From NCBI GenBank assembly GCA_002099625.1, contig GCA_002099625.1_4857.1: DNA of 64,000 nt; one strand, written 5' to 3'. This stretch comes from Escherichia coli. GTDB lineage: Bacteria > Pseudomonadota > Gammaproteobacteria > Enterobacterales > Enterobacteriaceae. The notes under the pieces are model-generated. The model saw nothing but the letters and a program-made list of their open reading frames with translations, had not been told where the DNA came from and did not search any database. Made by a program: the position numbers and the translations under genes. Shown here piece after piece: positions 18,062-28,172 of the stretch (positions are counted from its first letter, which is position 1; each line of letters begins with the position of its first letter).

Positions 18062-19060
18062 TTACTCCACTAACTCGATAACGAATGCGTACAAACCGAC
18101 CTTCTCAGCACTGTCAATTAACGTAACTTGGGAGAGGTTACGTTTCGACGTATTGGTTATACTTGAATCGATAGGCGCAGACCCACGAACCAGAACTAAT
18201 CCCGATTCAGGATCACGTTCCTGGCACAAGAAACCTTTGCCTTGGTAAGCGCCACCGCTCCCATAAATGGACGCTGGACTAATATTAGTCCAGTTAGGGA
18301 GCATTTGTTTGTTAGGGATGCAATCAGCGAACGGATAAACAAAGTCGTTATATTCGCAGCGACCATATTCCAAGTCATCATGGTCTGCGTTTCGTAACGA
18401 TTCATCCAACGTCATTACTGTCGGTTCGTCCCCGTCGGTTAAACCGCGCAGCAATCGCATCCGATAGGTGTCGCCTTGCCATTCAAACAACCCACTCTGG
18501 TCAACACCTGCCAGATCCCCACGTCCGTTATCAGGACCAAATCCGTCTACGCCGTATACAAGACCCGCGTTATAAATGTCATTCCACGAGTAAAGTGTAG
18601 AGTTAAATCGTCCGCCGTTGTACATCATGTAGTAAACTTTACCATGACGATAAAACTTGTTCATGATTAGCGTGCCCGTGCCCGATATCCCTGTTAATGC
18701 ACGAAAGCCTGCAGGCAACGCGTCATAGGTCATCTGTTCTTCGAACGGCAACTGCCCCAGAAACGCCAAGTCGTCAGTATCGGAATAGTTAATCTGGTCG
18801 ACGCCACCCACACCACGACGGTTTTTAATGACAATGGATTTTTGTGGACTACCTACGGTACGACCGTTAACAGTTACTGTTAAAAGATACCAGTAACGGG
18901 TGTTAAGAATAACGGTTTCGTCCGTCCATTCCGTTTCGCCATTACTTAAAGTTGCAATAGGGGCTGGTAATGCGGCTGTATTTATTTTAGCCGTGCCCCG
19001 ATAAATGTTAACAATTGAACCTGCCGGATTTTCATTTTTCCAGCGTAGTGTGAAAGCCAT
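18062..19060 (-). CDS. fibre cassette 3, gene b (330-aa family)
   Basis: 332 aa; N-terminus MAFTLRWKNENPAG...ATLSNGETEW nearly identical in pattern to 21427-22416 and 24872-25870. Confidence 0.65.
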   Translation of the reverse strand: MAFTLRWKNENPAGSIVNIYRGTAKINTAALPAPIATLSNGETEWTDETVILNTRYWYLLTVTVNGRTVGSPQKSIVIKNRRGVGGVDQINYSDTDDLAFLGQLPFEEQMTYDALPAGFRALTGISGTGTLIMNKFYRHGKVYYMMYNGGRFNSTLYSWNDIYNAGLVYGVDGFGPDNGRGDLAGVDQSGLFEWQGDTYRMRLLRGLTDGDEPTVMTLDESLRNADHDDLEYGRCEYNDFVYPFADCIPNKQMLPNWTNISPASIYGSGGAYQGKGFLCQERDPESGLVLVRGSAPIDSSITNTSKRNLSQVTLIDSAEKVGLYAFVIELVE

Positions 19061-19070
19061 CTGTTACTCC

Positions 19071-20513
19071 TTAGAAGCCGTTCAACTCACCGTTCGCGGT
19101 TGCTAAATCTGTTTTAAGTGGAGGTTTTGCCTGAGTAGGCGGTAGTGGACGCGGTGCGTCGACGTGTGGTTCAAGTACAACCATCGGCCTAACTGTACCT
19201 ACGCTGTTCGACACTGTCGATAACGGCAGCGCAGTATCGACGTTTGGTTCACCCACCACAATCGGGCTGATAGGTTCTTCCACCTGTTCCGCAGTTGTTG
19301 CTAGAGGTCTCGGCGCATCTGTTGTCGCAACCACGACTGCAAGAGGGCGAATGCTATCAGGTTGTGGTGATGGTACATTAGGAATAACCCTAACGCGCCA
19401 CACAACATCCCCTTCCACATCAGCTAAAGGTAAGACGATGTCGTCCTTATTGATTTCCTCTAAAACAGGCCACCAGTAAGTGGTATCTGTAAGGGTTACC
19501 CATTCAACTGAGCCACCGCGCATATTGCAACGTTGTACTTTAACAGGGTTACCCCCGGTTAACAGTTGTTGCGTGAAGAAGACGGTGGTTCTGGTTAACG
19601 TGGTGTCATTTGCCCAGTCGCCGCCCGTAGAACCGTCACCGAGTTGTGAAATAAGCCACAACGGTGTGGCCTTTGATAAATCAGGGCTAACCGGAACGGA
19701 GACGCGGTAATAATGCGTCTTGTTATTCTCAGTTTTCGTGACAATCAAAGCCTGGTCAACAGGTTCGATACCGTCTGGATACGGACCAGCGTCACCTGTA
19801 CCGAAAATGGCACCCGCTTGATAAAGGGCCGTCCAGGTTGCTGTTAACGTTCCGGTAGTCGGTAGATAAACAATCTTACCATCCTTGAAAAATTTCAACC
19901 ATTCGAAAGTCATTTTCGTTGGGGCAACATCAGGACGAATTAGGTTGTTTAGTTCAGCAAAGGTAAATAACTCTTGCTGAGAAACGTGGCCGAAGTATCC
20001 GTTTGTGCTGTCCCCTGCCAACAAATATTTATTGCCTGGCCCAGAATCTGGATAGTAGCCCACGGCTTCATTCAAATAATCGACCGGGATATAGCCGCGA
20101 TAGCATACGCTATTATACACGGTTAAATTAATACGTGTTGGCGTTGCCAGCGATTTGATAGGCGCGTCTACCGACTGTACACTGCTATCAGATAACCAAA
20201 CACCGTATAAATCGCGTAGAGCTGGGAGAAGATCCCGCACGGTCTTGGCCGTTTGTGGTACGTAGATGCGCGGAGCTATTTTAAATAGATCTGATAATGT
20301 TAAACGGTCGTAATAAACCGTGCACTCCCCAGAGAAACCTTTACCGGGTTTTCCTACCAACGTAATTACCGTGTTACGACCATTCTTAGTGGTCTCGGCA
20401 GGAATACCCCTCACCCCAATCGAATCAGCGCTGATTCTTCCTGCGAGTTCAGGGTTATCCCTTACGACTTGCTGGCAGAGTAATTCCAGTTCGGGTGCGC
20501 TATACAATCCCAT
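19071..20513 (-). CDS. fibre cassette 3, gene a (480-aa family; N-module, Pro-rich C-terminal repeats, C-terminal NGELNGF)
   Basis: 480 aa; N-terminus MGLYSAPELELLCQQVVRDNP...GRNTVITL...TVYYDRLTLSDLF; C-terminal repeats VDAPRPL; ends KTDLATANGELNGF. Confidence 0.65.
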   Translation of the reverse strand: MGLYSAPELELLCQQVVRDNPELAGRISADSIGVRGIPAETTKNGRNTVITLVGKPGKGFSGECTVYYDRLTLSDLFKIAPRIYVPQTAKTVRDLLPALRDLYGVWLSDSSVQSVDAPIKSLATPTRINLTVYNSVCYRGYIPVDYLNEAVGYYPDSGPGNKYLLAGDSTNGYFGHVSQQELFTFAELNNLIRPDVAPTKMTFEWLKFFKDGKIVYLPTTGTLTATWTALYQAGAIFGTGDAGPYPDGIEPVDQALIVTKTENNKTHYYRVSVPVSPDLSKATPLWLISQLGDGSTGGDWANDTTLTRTTVFFTQQLLTGGNPVKVQRCNMRGGSVEWVTLTDTTYWWPVLEEINKDDIVLPLADVEGDVVWRVRVIPNVPSPQPDSIRPLAVVVATTDAPRPLATTAEQVEEPISPIVVGEPNVDTALPLSTVSNSVGTVRPMVVLEPHVDAPRPLPPTQAKPPLKTDLATANGELNGF

Positions 20514-20524
20514 GAAGTCTCCTG

Positions 20525-21424
20525 TTAAGGCAGAACGAGTTCAAGTACCGCAATGGAGCGTATTGTAGTGGTACCGTAGTTACTCCACGACGGCGACTCA
20601 GGGTAAGGTGGACGGTTGTACCACTGACTGGACGTGTTATTCATAGCCGCAAAGAATGCAGATTGTTGGGCAGTAACCGAATCGATTGGACCGACCGGAA
20701 GGTCGTCAAAGCGCGGAAACTGCCCACTGTAGTTGTACAGGCGCGCGAAGGTGTTAAACCACTCACCGTCGAGATACAACTCAGTGTTACCGCTTCCAAC
20801 GTAAGACGTCCAGTATTTGTAGTCGAACAAATACGGCAAGCGCACCACGTATTCGTAACCGTTCTTCGCCACCGTGCGGCGTTGGTTACGTGCAGTAGCC
20901 CAGCCCGGTACATATCCATTGCCATCCTGGCCGTACATCATCCCCTGGTTATAAATGAACTGCGGGCTAGCGTTTATTATCGAGTTATCGGACATAAACA
21001 GAATACGGTTTTTGTAAATGAATTTATGCCAGGCACCAACGGCGGAACTGAACATATTCACCACGAGGCCGTTCAGTTCCGTGTTAGTGAATAACTCTGC
21101 CGGCGTTACTGTTCCAAAGTATCCAGCGTGCCAGTCGCCGTATAACAGCTTCTGGGGGCCAGGCCCGGTGTCTAAAAAGAACCCTTGGGCGGTAGGGGTG
21201 TTGAAGACACGCTCACCGTCTTTAACCGCAGCTATCCAATAACGGTAAGTGGTGTTGTTTTCCACAGCGTTGTCTTCGTACGATGTAGCGTCACCCGGAA
21301 GGGTTGCCAGAGGCGTTCCCGGTGCATTAACATCAATGGTGGCGTTGCCAGGCGTCTTGCGATAGATTTCGATGTTATCGAGCGCCTGTGGCTTCCGTTG
21401 TGCAAAGTTTAATGTAATAGGCAT
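20525..21424 (-). CDS. fibre cassette 2, gene c (300-aa family)
   Basis: ORF 20525-21460 (apparently TTG start) trimmed to ATG 21424 preceded by GAGGA; start abuts the stop of the upstream gene. Confidence 0.65.
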   Translation of the reverse strand: MPITLNFAQRKPQALDNIEIYRKTPGNATIDVNAPGTPLATLPGDATSYEDNAVENNTTYRYWIAAVKDGERVFNTPTAQGFFLDTGPGPQKLLYGDWHAGYFGTVTPAELFTNTELNGLVVNMFSSAVGAWHKFIYKNRILFMSDNSIINASPQFIYNQGMMYGQDGNGYVPGWATARNQRRTVAKNGYEYVVRLPYLFDYKYWTSYVGSGNTELYLDGEWFNTFARLYNYSGQFPRFDDLPVGPIDSVTAQQSAFFAAMNNTSSQWYNRPPYPESPSWSNYGTTTIRSIAVLELVLP

Positions 21425-21426
21425 GA

Positions 21427-22416
21427 TTAATCCTCGATAAGCTCGATTACTGGAATCCAAATACCGCCCACGGTCGCACCAGGGACATGTTGTATACGCT
21501 GGAGGTTATCCACGGTATCAGTGGAATCCGCCGCCGCCCATCCGCGCGTCAGCCCCAACTTACTGTCTGGGTCAAACTCCTGACAATGCGCCCCACGGCC
21601 TGCCACCAGCGATCCGTTTCCGAATATGCTGGAGTTCGACCACTTTATCAGGGACATCACTTTTTTCTTTTCTGGGAACCAGCTACTTATCCCATAGATG
21701 AGTCGGTTGTATTCGCTATCGGCAGTATACGGTGACGCGTCATGGAGTTTACCGTTCCACTGTGCGTCGAGTGTCATGACCGGGCTTTCACTGTCGAGCG
21801 TTAACCCGCGCAGCAGGCGCATCCGATAGCGGTCACCCAACCACGTAAACTCCCCAGCCTGGTCAACGTCAGGTAAATCACCATGACCGCCTTCCGGACC
21901 AGGTCCCGCCACACCGTACAGCAAACCCGCGTTATAAATCGCATCACGGCTATACAGCGTGTTGCCGTTCACACGAAGACCACTAAACAGATACAGAATT
22001 TTACCGTCTAGCTGGAACTTCATCAAGCCCGGCTTAACAGTTGGGTCGTATCCAGAAAGGGCCACAAACCCTGGCGGATAATCACCCGCGCTAGGTAATT
22101 CACCGTACGCCACGTACCCGTAATACGCAAAGCGGTCATCACCGTACAGTGGAGCCACGATGCCGATACCGCGACGGTTCTGAATCAGAATTGATTTCTG
22201 CGGACTGAACAGTGTCCGACTTCCCACTGTCACGGTGGTCATGTAGTAATACGTTGTCCCCAGTATCGCTGTTCGGTCAGTATACTCAGTTTCCCCGTTA
22301 GTGAACGTTGCCAGGGGTTCAGGTAATGCCGTACGCACCAGAGGTTTGGTGTCGCGGTACAGCTTCACGGTCGAAGCCCCAGGGTTATTGTTCGTCCAAC
22401 GAATTGTAAAAGCCAT
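21427..22416 (-). CDS. fibre cassette 2, gene b (330-aa family)
   Basis: 329 aa; MAFTIRWTNNNPGAS...ATFTNGETEY. Confidence 0.65.
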   Translation of the reverse strand: MAFTIRWTNNNPGASTVKLYRDTKPLVRTALPEPLATFTNGETEYTDRTAILGTTYYYMTTVTVGSRTLFSPQKSILIQNRRGIGIVAPLYGDDRFAYYGYVAYGELPSAGDYPPGFVALSGYDPTVKPGLMKFQLDGKILYLFSGLRVNGNTLYSRDAIYNAGLLYGVAGPGPEGGHGDLPDVDQAGEFTWLGDRYRMRLLRGLTLDSESPVMTLDAQWNGKLHDASPYTADSEYNRLIYGISSWFPEKKKVMSLIKWSNSSIFGNGSLVAGRGAHCQEFDPDSKLGLTRGWAAADSTDTVDNLQRIQHVPGATVGGIWIPVIELIED

Positions 22417-22428
22417 TGTCGTTACCTC

Positions 22429-23925
22429 TTATTGGAATCCATCCAACTCACCGTTAGTATCGCCCAGAGTAATTTTTGAAGGTTGGGCGATTTGGTCAGT
22501 CGTGAGAATAATCGGTCTAATCTTAACGCTAGCCATACCTGTTACCGCGACGGAATATGCACGTTCATCATTGTCCGTCGTGGCAAGCAGAGGACGTGGT
22601 GAGTCTGATGACGCTTCCCGCACCCAGGCAGGGGTGGCAGTTTCGGTGTTGTCGGTGTTGAAAACTAACGGACGTGGATTCGCTGCGGCGGAGGTTTCCG
22701 TAATAGGCACCACACGAAGCGATTCATTTTGGTCGATGTCCGTCAGAGTAACCACGGACGGTGCCCATGTTAGTTCTGCACCTTCGTCAATCAACGGCAC
22801 AGGTTCATTGGCAATATCAAACATCTCCAGGATTGGCCAAAAGCCAGAAGAGGTGTAGATGTAGGTGTTTGAACGATAGCTCCCACTGATAGACTGGTAA
22901 TACGCTTGGTCGGCACCGAACTGGTGTCGTAACCACACGTAATCCAGGAAGTTAGCATCAGTCGTGCTAAGAGTTCCCCATTCCCCATATACGTTCACCG
23001 ACCCCAATTTGCTGGTCAGTGACAGGATAGAGGTGATTGACGGCGGTTTACTCCAATCAGGCGCGGCGGCGTTCTCGGTGTAATACGGGATAGACATTCT
23101 GAAATAATGCGTTCCTTCATCATCCCGTTTTACCATGTATTTCAACTGTTCAACATCGACAGGTGTGTAAGTCGACTTCGGGCGAGGTCCTGCGTCTCCG
23201 GAATCAAATATTGCACCCTTGTTGTACAGGTCTGCCCAGGTAACGTTGCAAATCGCACGGGTCGGAACAAACACTACCGCCCCATTCAGAAAGAATTTGA
23301 GCCACTTGATAGCGTAGCGGTTAGGCCAGTTGGTGCCGTTATAAAGGGCATACACCATTTCATCAGATGTGAATAACTCTTCCGCGCTTACCAGCCCAAA
23401 GAATCCGTATAACTCATTACCAGCCATTAATCCTTTTGGCCCAGGACCCGACTTCGGATACATCGCAATCGGTTCGTAAACATAGGTCATCTTGCATGAC
23501 CCGGTATAGCACAAGGAGTTAGCGTGCGCCGTCAGAGTTACAGTTTCCGGCGTAGCGTATTTCATTAATGCAACGTTTGGACTGGTGATATCACTCGCGG
23601 TTAAGTTCAACCCATTCAATTCATTGAACGCCGGTAACGCTTCCGCATGGGTTTGTGCGCTACGTGGAATACTCACCATATTCGGGCCAGACTTAAATAG
23701 ACTGGCCAGATTCAACCGGTCGTAATATACCGTTATTTCCCCAGCAAATCCTTTACCGGGTTTTCCTACCAACGTAATCTGTGTGTTTCGTCCGTTAACG
23801 TTTCTCGCAACAGGAACACCCCTGACCCCAACGGAGTCAGCGGTGATTTTTCCTGCTAAACTGGGATTGTCACGCACAATTTGTTGGCAGAGCAGTTCCA
23901 TTGAAGGTTCTGTATACAACCCCAT
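22429..23925 (-). CDS. fibre cassette 2, gene a (480-aa family)
   Basis: 498 aa; N-module MGLYTEPSMELLCQQIVRDNP...; C-terminus ITLGDTNGELDGFQ. Confidence 0.65.
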   Translation of the reverse strand: MGLYTEPSMELLCQQIVRDNPSLAGKITADSVGVRGVPVARNVNGRNTQITLVGKPGKGFAGEITVYYDRLNLASLFKSGPNMVSIPRSAQTHAEALPAFNELNGLNLTASDITSPNVALMKYATPETVTLTAHANSLCYTGSCKMTYVYEPIAMYPKSGPGPKGLMAGNELYGFFGLVSAEELFTSDEMVYALYNGTNWPNRYAIKWLKFFLNGAVVFVPTRAICNVTWADLYNKGAIFDSGDAGPRPKSTYTPVDVEQLKYMVKRDDEGTHYFRMSIPYYTENAAAPDWSKPPSITSILSLTSKLGSVNVYGEWGTLSTTDANFLDYVWLRHQFGADQAYYQSISGSYRSNTYIYTSSGFWPILEMFDIANEPVPLIDEGAELTWAPSVVTLTDIDQNESLRVVPITETSAAANPRPLVFNTDNTETATPAWVREASSDSPRPLLATTDNDERAYSVAVTGMASVKIRPIILTTDQIAQPSKITLGDTNGELDGFQ

Positions 23926-23938
23926 GGCTTTTACTCCG

Positions 23939-24862
23939 TTACGGTAAGACTAATTCGAAAGCAAAGAAAATTGTTACAGCAACACCCACTCCTGATGAGT
24001 TGGTAATCCCCGCCGGGGCATAACCGTACGCATAAGCGAAAAGGTTGCTGTTCCATAAAGGAGCTAGCACGGCTGCACCTGTTTCGTTAGGCTGGGCAGT
24101 TGAACCTTGCGGCGGTATTGAATCGATGGCACCAAGACCAATAGGCGGGAACTGTGCACCGACAGGATACAAACGGCCCATTGTGTTTCGCCATTCGCCG
24201 TTGTTGTAATCCTGTCCTGAGAGAGCCGCGTCGTACGGGACTGCGTAAGGTAATCGGATACGGTACGTACGACCATCCTTCGTGACCTTACAATCTTGTT
24301 TAGTCGCCGTGGCTCCCTGCGGGACTATGATCCCGTTATCATCGGTCCCGTACATCATCCCGTACTGATACGCCATCTGTACCGAGTTGGTTTTCGAATG
24401 CATCGTCGCTGGGAAGAAGACAATTCTCCCACGGAAAATAAACTTGTGCCATTCCTGAGGGTCGTAGGTAAACATGTTTCCCTGCTGCGCAGTTAACATG
24501 AGTTTTAACTCGGCAGTATTAAAGAACTCTGTATTCGGTACTGTACCGAAATAACCTGAAGCCCAGTCACCTCGCAAAATAGTTTGCGGTCCCGGTCCAG
24601 TGTCTGGATAGAACCCTTGCGTAATCGGATTGCCGATAAGTCGTTCACTGTCTTTTACAGCAGCTACCCAATAACGATAAGTTGTATTCTTCGTCAGAGT
24701 ATCAATATCGTCTACGAACTCTACCGCGTTGCCTGATAAAGTTGCGTGGGGCGTGCCTGGATTGTAAACGTCGATTGTTGCGTTCCAACCTTCCTTGCGG
24801 TAGATTTCAATCGCGGTAAGACCTTTGCTGGCTTGGGACGGCCAGCTTAACCGTATAGTCAT
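23939..24862 (-). CDS. fibre cassette 1, gene c (300-aa family)
   Basis: 307 aa; ATG start; family motifs as above. Confidence 0.65.
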   Translation of the reverse strand: MTIRLSWPSQASKGLTAIEIYRKEGWNATIDVYNPGTPHATLSGNAVEFVDDIDTLTKNTTYRYWVAAVKDSERLIGNPITQGFYPDTGPGPQTILRGDWASGYFGTVPNTEFFNTAELKLMLTAQQGNMFTYDPQEWHKFIFRGRIVFFPATMHSKTNSVQMAYQYGMMYGTDDNGIIVPQGATATKQDCKVTKDGRTYRIRLPYAVPYDAALSGQDYNNGEWRNTMGRLYPVGAQFPPIGLGAIDSIPPQGSTAQPNETGAAVLAPLWNSNLFAYAYGYAPAGITNSSGVGVAVTIFFAFELVLP

Positions 24863-24871
24863 GACTGCCCC

Positions 24872-25870
24872 TTACTCGACCAGTTCAAAGATAGGGTAGT
24901 AACGCCCTTTCGTGGTGGGTGATAAATAGTTTATACGCTGAATCGCTGATACGGGTGTTCCACCGGCATTGTTAAAGATACCACGATGGAGCACACGGTC
25001 TTCCGCGGTGTCGTGTTCCATACAGAGAACTCCGGCACCGAAATACGTTGCCGAGGTTCCCAAATTAGCCTGTCCCAGATAAGTATAACCGATTGTTGCC
25101 CAGTTAGCCCAACGTTGTTTCTTCGGCACCTCGTTAACCATCGTGTAAAGTAAATCGTTATACTCGCACGGGTTGGTTAGAGAAGCGATTTCATCGTGGG
25201 TTTTCCCATTGTAGTCAGCCACGAAAGGATACGCAGGAGACTCGCTAGACGTCGTCAGGCCGCGAGGAAGACGCATAATGTACGTATCCCCTTTGTGGAC
25301 TATCTTAGCGTCTTGTGGAGTGGCCGGTAGCGTTCCATGGCCGTTCTCTGGGCCAGCATCGCCTGTACCATAGACTAAACCAGCTTGATAGAGGGAAGCC
25401 CAGTCCACAGGCGTATTCGGGAACTGCGACGTATTAGATAGCATGTAATAGATCTTCCCGTTTCGGGTAAATTTATACAACGCCACACGATCGGTTAATA
25501 GATTAGGGAACATCGCCAAAAATGCAGGTGGCATTTGCGACGGAAGCCATTGTTCGTCGTAAGGAACCGCACCCATAAACCCTAAACGGTCGTTACCGTT
25601 TAGAATAGTCATTGGGCCAATCCCACGCTTTATCTCAATGGTGTATTTCTGGCTAGACGATGCCACTGTTTTACCGTTGGCGGTTACCGTCAGAAGGTAA
25701 TAATAGGTTGCGCCTGGTGCGGCGGTGGTATCACGCCATTCTGTCTCGCCATTTGAGAGCGTTGCAATCGGTTCAGGCAAAGCGCTCGGTGTGATATCTT
25801 TAACGTCACGGTAGATTTTTACTACCGTAGAGATTACGTTTGGATTTTTCCAACGCAAAGTAAAAGACAT
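24872..25870 (-). CDS. fibre cassette 1, gene b (330-aa family)
   Basis: 332 aa; MSFTLRWKNPNV...ATLSNGETEW. Confidence 0.65.
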   Translation of the reverse strand: MSFTLRWKNPNVISTVVKIYRDVKDITPSALPEPIATLSNGETEWRDTTAAPGATYYYLLTVTANGKTVASSSQKYTIEIKRGIGPMTILNGNDRLGFMGAVPYDEQWLPSQMPPAFLAMFPNLLTDRVALYKFTRNGKIYYMLSNTSQFPNTPVDWASLYQAGLVYGTGDAGPENGHGTLPATPQDAKIVHKGDTYIMRLPRGLTTSSESPAYPFVADYNGKTHDEIASLTNPCEYNDLLYTMVNEVPKKQRWANWATIGYTYLGQANLGTSATYFGAGVLCMEHDTAEDRVLHRGIFNNAGGTPVSAIQRINYLSPTTKGRYYPIFELVE

Positions 25871-25881
25871 GGATGATACCT

Positions 25882-27294
25882 CTACTTAAAGCCGTTCAGT
25901 TCACCGTTAAGAGACGTTAACGATGTCTTGTCGGGTGGCGTATACATTTCAGCGGTAGCCGCAATGGGTTGGAAGTCGACTGTCTTCGGCAGCATTAAAG
26001 CAGGCGGATGCAGTGCGAAACTGTTTTCTGAAGTAACAACTACCGGTTCGAAATCGGTAGTATCTGGATTACCGAGCACCAACGGCTTGAGACTAAACGT
26101 GTTTTCTGCGGACACGCTGCACGGTTGGAGACTGTAATCTACCGCACCATGGATATCTTCTAAACCCAAGGTAACTGTGGACTTATCCACCAACTCTAGC
26201 ACCGGGAACCAGTAGTAGTTGCCTGCGCTCGATGATTTTCCTAAGTTTGTCCAACTGGCTCCAGACAACGTCGCCATGCGATGATTGGCGACGTTGGTGT
26301 TCAGTGTATCTTTCAATAAACAGAACAGCGTCCAGTAACTGTTAATCGGTTTGTCCCACGTTCCATTATACAGAAAGTTGAACATCTCAAACTCACTACC
26401 TGCTAACTCAGCGGCAGTTGGGGTGCCGCTGACGTATGGGTCTTTCCCGGCACTAGGTAGACGAACACGGAAGTAAAACCTTTTGTTGTCTGCGCCTGTA
26501 AAGCTAATGATGCGTCCCTGGTTAACGGGCGTCGCCGCAGGGTATTTACCATTATCGTCTGTTCCGTAAACGAGTCCGTTTGTATATAACGTATTCCAGG
26601 AGATGGAGCTAGCGACAGGACTAATCGGGAGGTAAATAACCCTACCCTGGTAAAAGAACTTGTACCAACCTTCGGCACCAGAATGTACCGGTGGTAACGC
26701 ACCGGCCGATATAGTGGCATTAAGAAGTTGAGAGTGTGTAAACAACTCTGCAATTGTGGTTGTTCCGAAATAACCCGCGATAGTGTTACCTTGCAGCAAC
26801 GTTTTAGGGCCAGGTCCAGAATCGGGGTAAATTGCACCACTCGGGACGGTATAACGTATCGTTAAGCTGCCTGTAAACGCAGGGCAATTACCTGAGATAT
26901 TTAATTTCAACGTCTGCGGCGAAGCGCTCGGTTTAGGTAAACTTGCGTCAGGTGACTGCAAATCAGAAGCAACTAATGTAAGCCCCAATGCGTCGTTTAT
27001 TGCAGGTAGCGCGTCTCGTACCGTTAAGACTGTATCTTTGATAGCCACAGTCGGCACAAAATTAAATAAAGTGGCCAGGTTAATCCGGTCGTAGTACACG
27101 GTAACATTACCTTGTACACCTGTCCCTGGATACCCGGTGAAAACAGCTTTGGTGTTACGTTGGTTTAACGTAACTGAAGTTGGGCCGCTGGTTAAAGCAG
27201 CGATAGCCGGCGTCAGCTTAACAACTAAATCAGGATTATCCCGATTGACTTGGTCGTATACAAGCAGTGCCGACTCCTTCGAGTAAAATAGCAT
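25882..27294 (-). CDS. fibre cassette 1, gene a (480-aa family)
   Basis: 470 aa; N-module MLFYSKESALLVYDQVNRDNP...; C-terminus DKTSLTSLNGELNGFK. Confidence 0.65.
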   Translation of the reverse strand: MLFYSKESALLVYDQVNRDNPDLVVKLTPAIAALTSGPTSVTLNQRNTKAVFTGYPGTGVQGNVTVYYDRINLATLFNFVPTVAIKDTVLTVRDALPAINDALGLTLVASDLQSPDASLPKPSASPQTLKLNISGNCPAFTGSLTIRYTVPSGAIYPDSGPGPKTLLQGNTIAGYFGTTTIAELFTHSQLLNATISAGALPPVHSGAEGWYKFFYQGRVIYLPISPVASSISWNTLYTNGLVYGTDDNGKYPAATPVNQGRIISFTGADNKRFYFRVRLPSAGKDPYVSGTPTAAELAGSEFEMFNFLYNGTWDKPINSYWTLFCLLKDTLNTNVANHRMATLSGASWTNLGKSSSAGNYYWFPVLELVDKSTVTLGLEDIHGAVDYSLQPCSVSAENTFSLKPLVLGNPDTTDFEPVVVTSENSFALHPPALMLPKTVDFQPIAATAEMYTPPDKTSLTSLNGELNGFK

Positions 27295-27341
27295 AGGGAC
27301 TCCGCATCGCCAAAAGATGGGGCTCCGAAGAGCCCCTACAC

Positions 27342-28169
27342 TTAGCTGTTATAGTGGTAGTACGCCACGCCTTTCACGCCTTCCTCATCGATACCCGTTT
27401 GGATAACCACGCGGTCGTACGATTTGTTAGCGAACTGTGCGGTGGAAGTCGGCACATCCTGAACGGTGTTACTGTTCAGTGGCCCCGCGTAGTTCGGAAT
27501 ACCCAGGTCATCCAACACCTTACGCAAACCAGCCCACTGCGGTAGGCCAGAAGCATCTACTGTCAGTAGGTTTTTATACGCGGTAAAGTCAATACCGTAC
27601 GTCAACAAATCAATACACTTCTTACCGAGAGACGGTGAAATAGGCTCTTGAATCGCATTCAAGACATCTGATTTCACCGAAGTGTCTAGTACCGGTAAAC
27701 CACGGTTATAACGCAACGTCGCAGAACCGATATAAGCCGGAGATGTCGATAGCGCTGCAATGGTCTGTGTATTGGTGTAATTTGGGGTATTGGCACCCGC
27801 CAGTGAGTAGTTTTGGATATCGATTGCGGAGAAGTTTACTCCGTAGGTATCCAAGAGCACCGAAAAGGCTGAGTGGAGGTTGGGAGCGTCAAACGTGACG
27901 AACTGCGCCTGGACGGAAGGACCCCACGGCAATAACCGCGCTAAGTTCACACGGTCGTAGTAAACGGTGATTGCGTCTCGAAATCCGGAACCCTGAATAC
28001 CGCGCAAGCGTGCCGACGTATTGCGGTTGTTGGAAGCTGCATTAACGGGAACCTGTGTCACTTTCTCCACGTAGCAGTTTGCCGGCGACGCTTTAATAGG
28101 TAGGTTTGGGTTATCCCGGTTAATGAGGTCAAAGACCAACTCGTTTGACGGCTTAGCATAGTTGATCAT
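27342..28169 (-). CDS. approx 280-aa fibre-family paralogue 1 of 7
   Basis: ORF 27342-28172 (apparently TTG) trimmed to the adjacent ATG (28169), giving MINYAKPSNELVFDLINRDNP; module signature NRNT...VYYDRVNL. Confidence 0.6.
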   Translation of the reverse strand: MINYAKPSNELVFDLINRDNPNLPIKASPANCYVEKVTQVPVNAASNNRNTSARLRGIQGSGFRDAITVYYDRVNLARLLPWGPSVQAQFVTFDAPNLHSAFSVLLDTYGVNFSAIDIQNYSLAGANTPNYTNTQTIAALSTSPAYIGSATLRYNRGLPVLDTSVKSDVLNAIQEPISPSLGKKCIDLLTYGIDFTAYKNLLTVDASGLPQWAGLRKVLDDLGIPNYAGPLNSNTVQDVPTSTAQFANKSYDRVVIQTGIDEEGVKGVAYYHYNS

Positions 28170-28172
28170 CAA

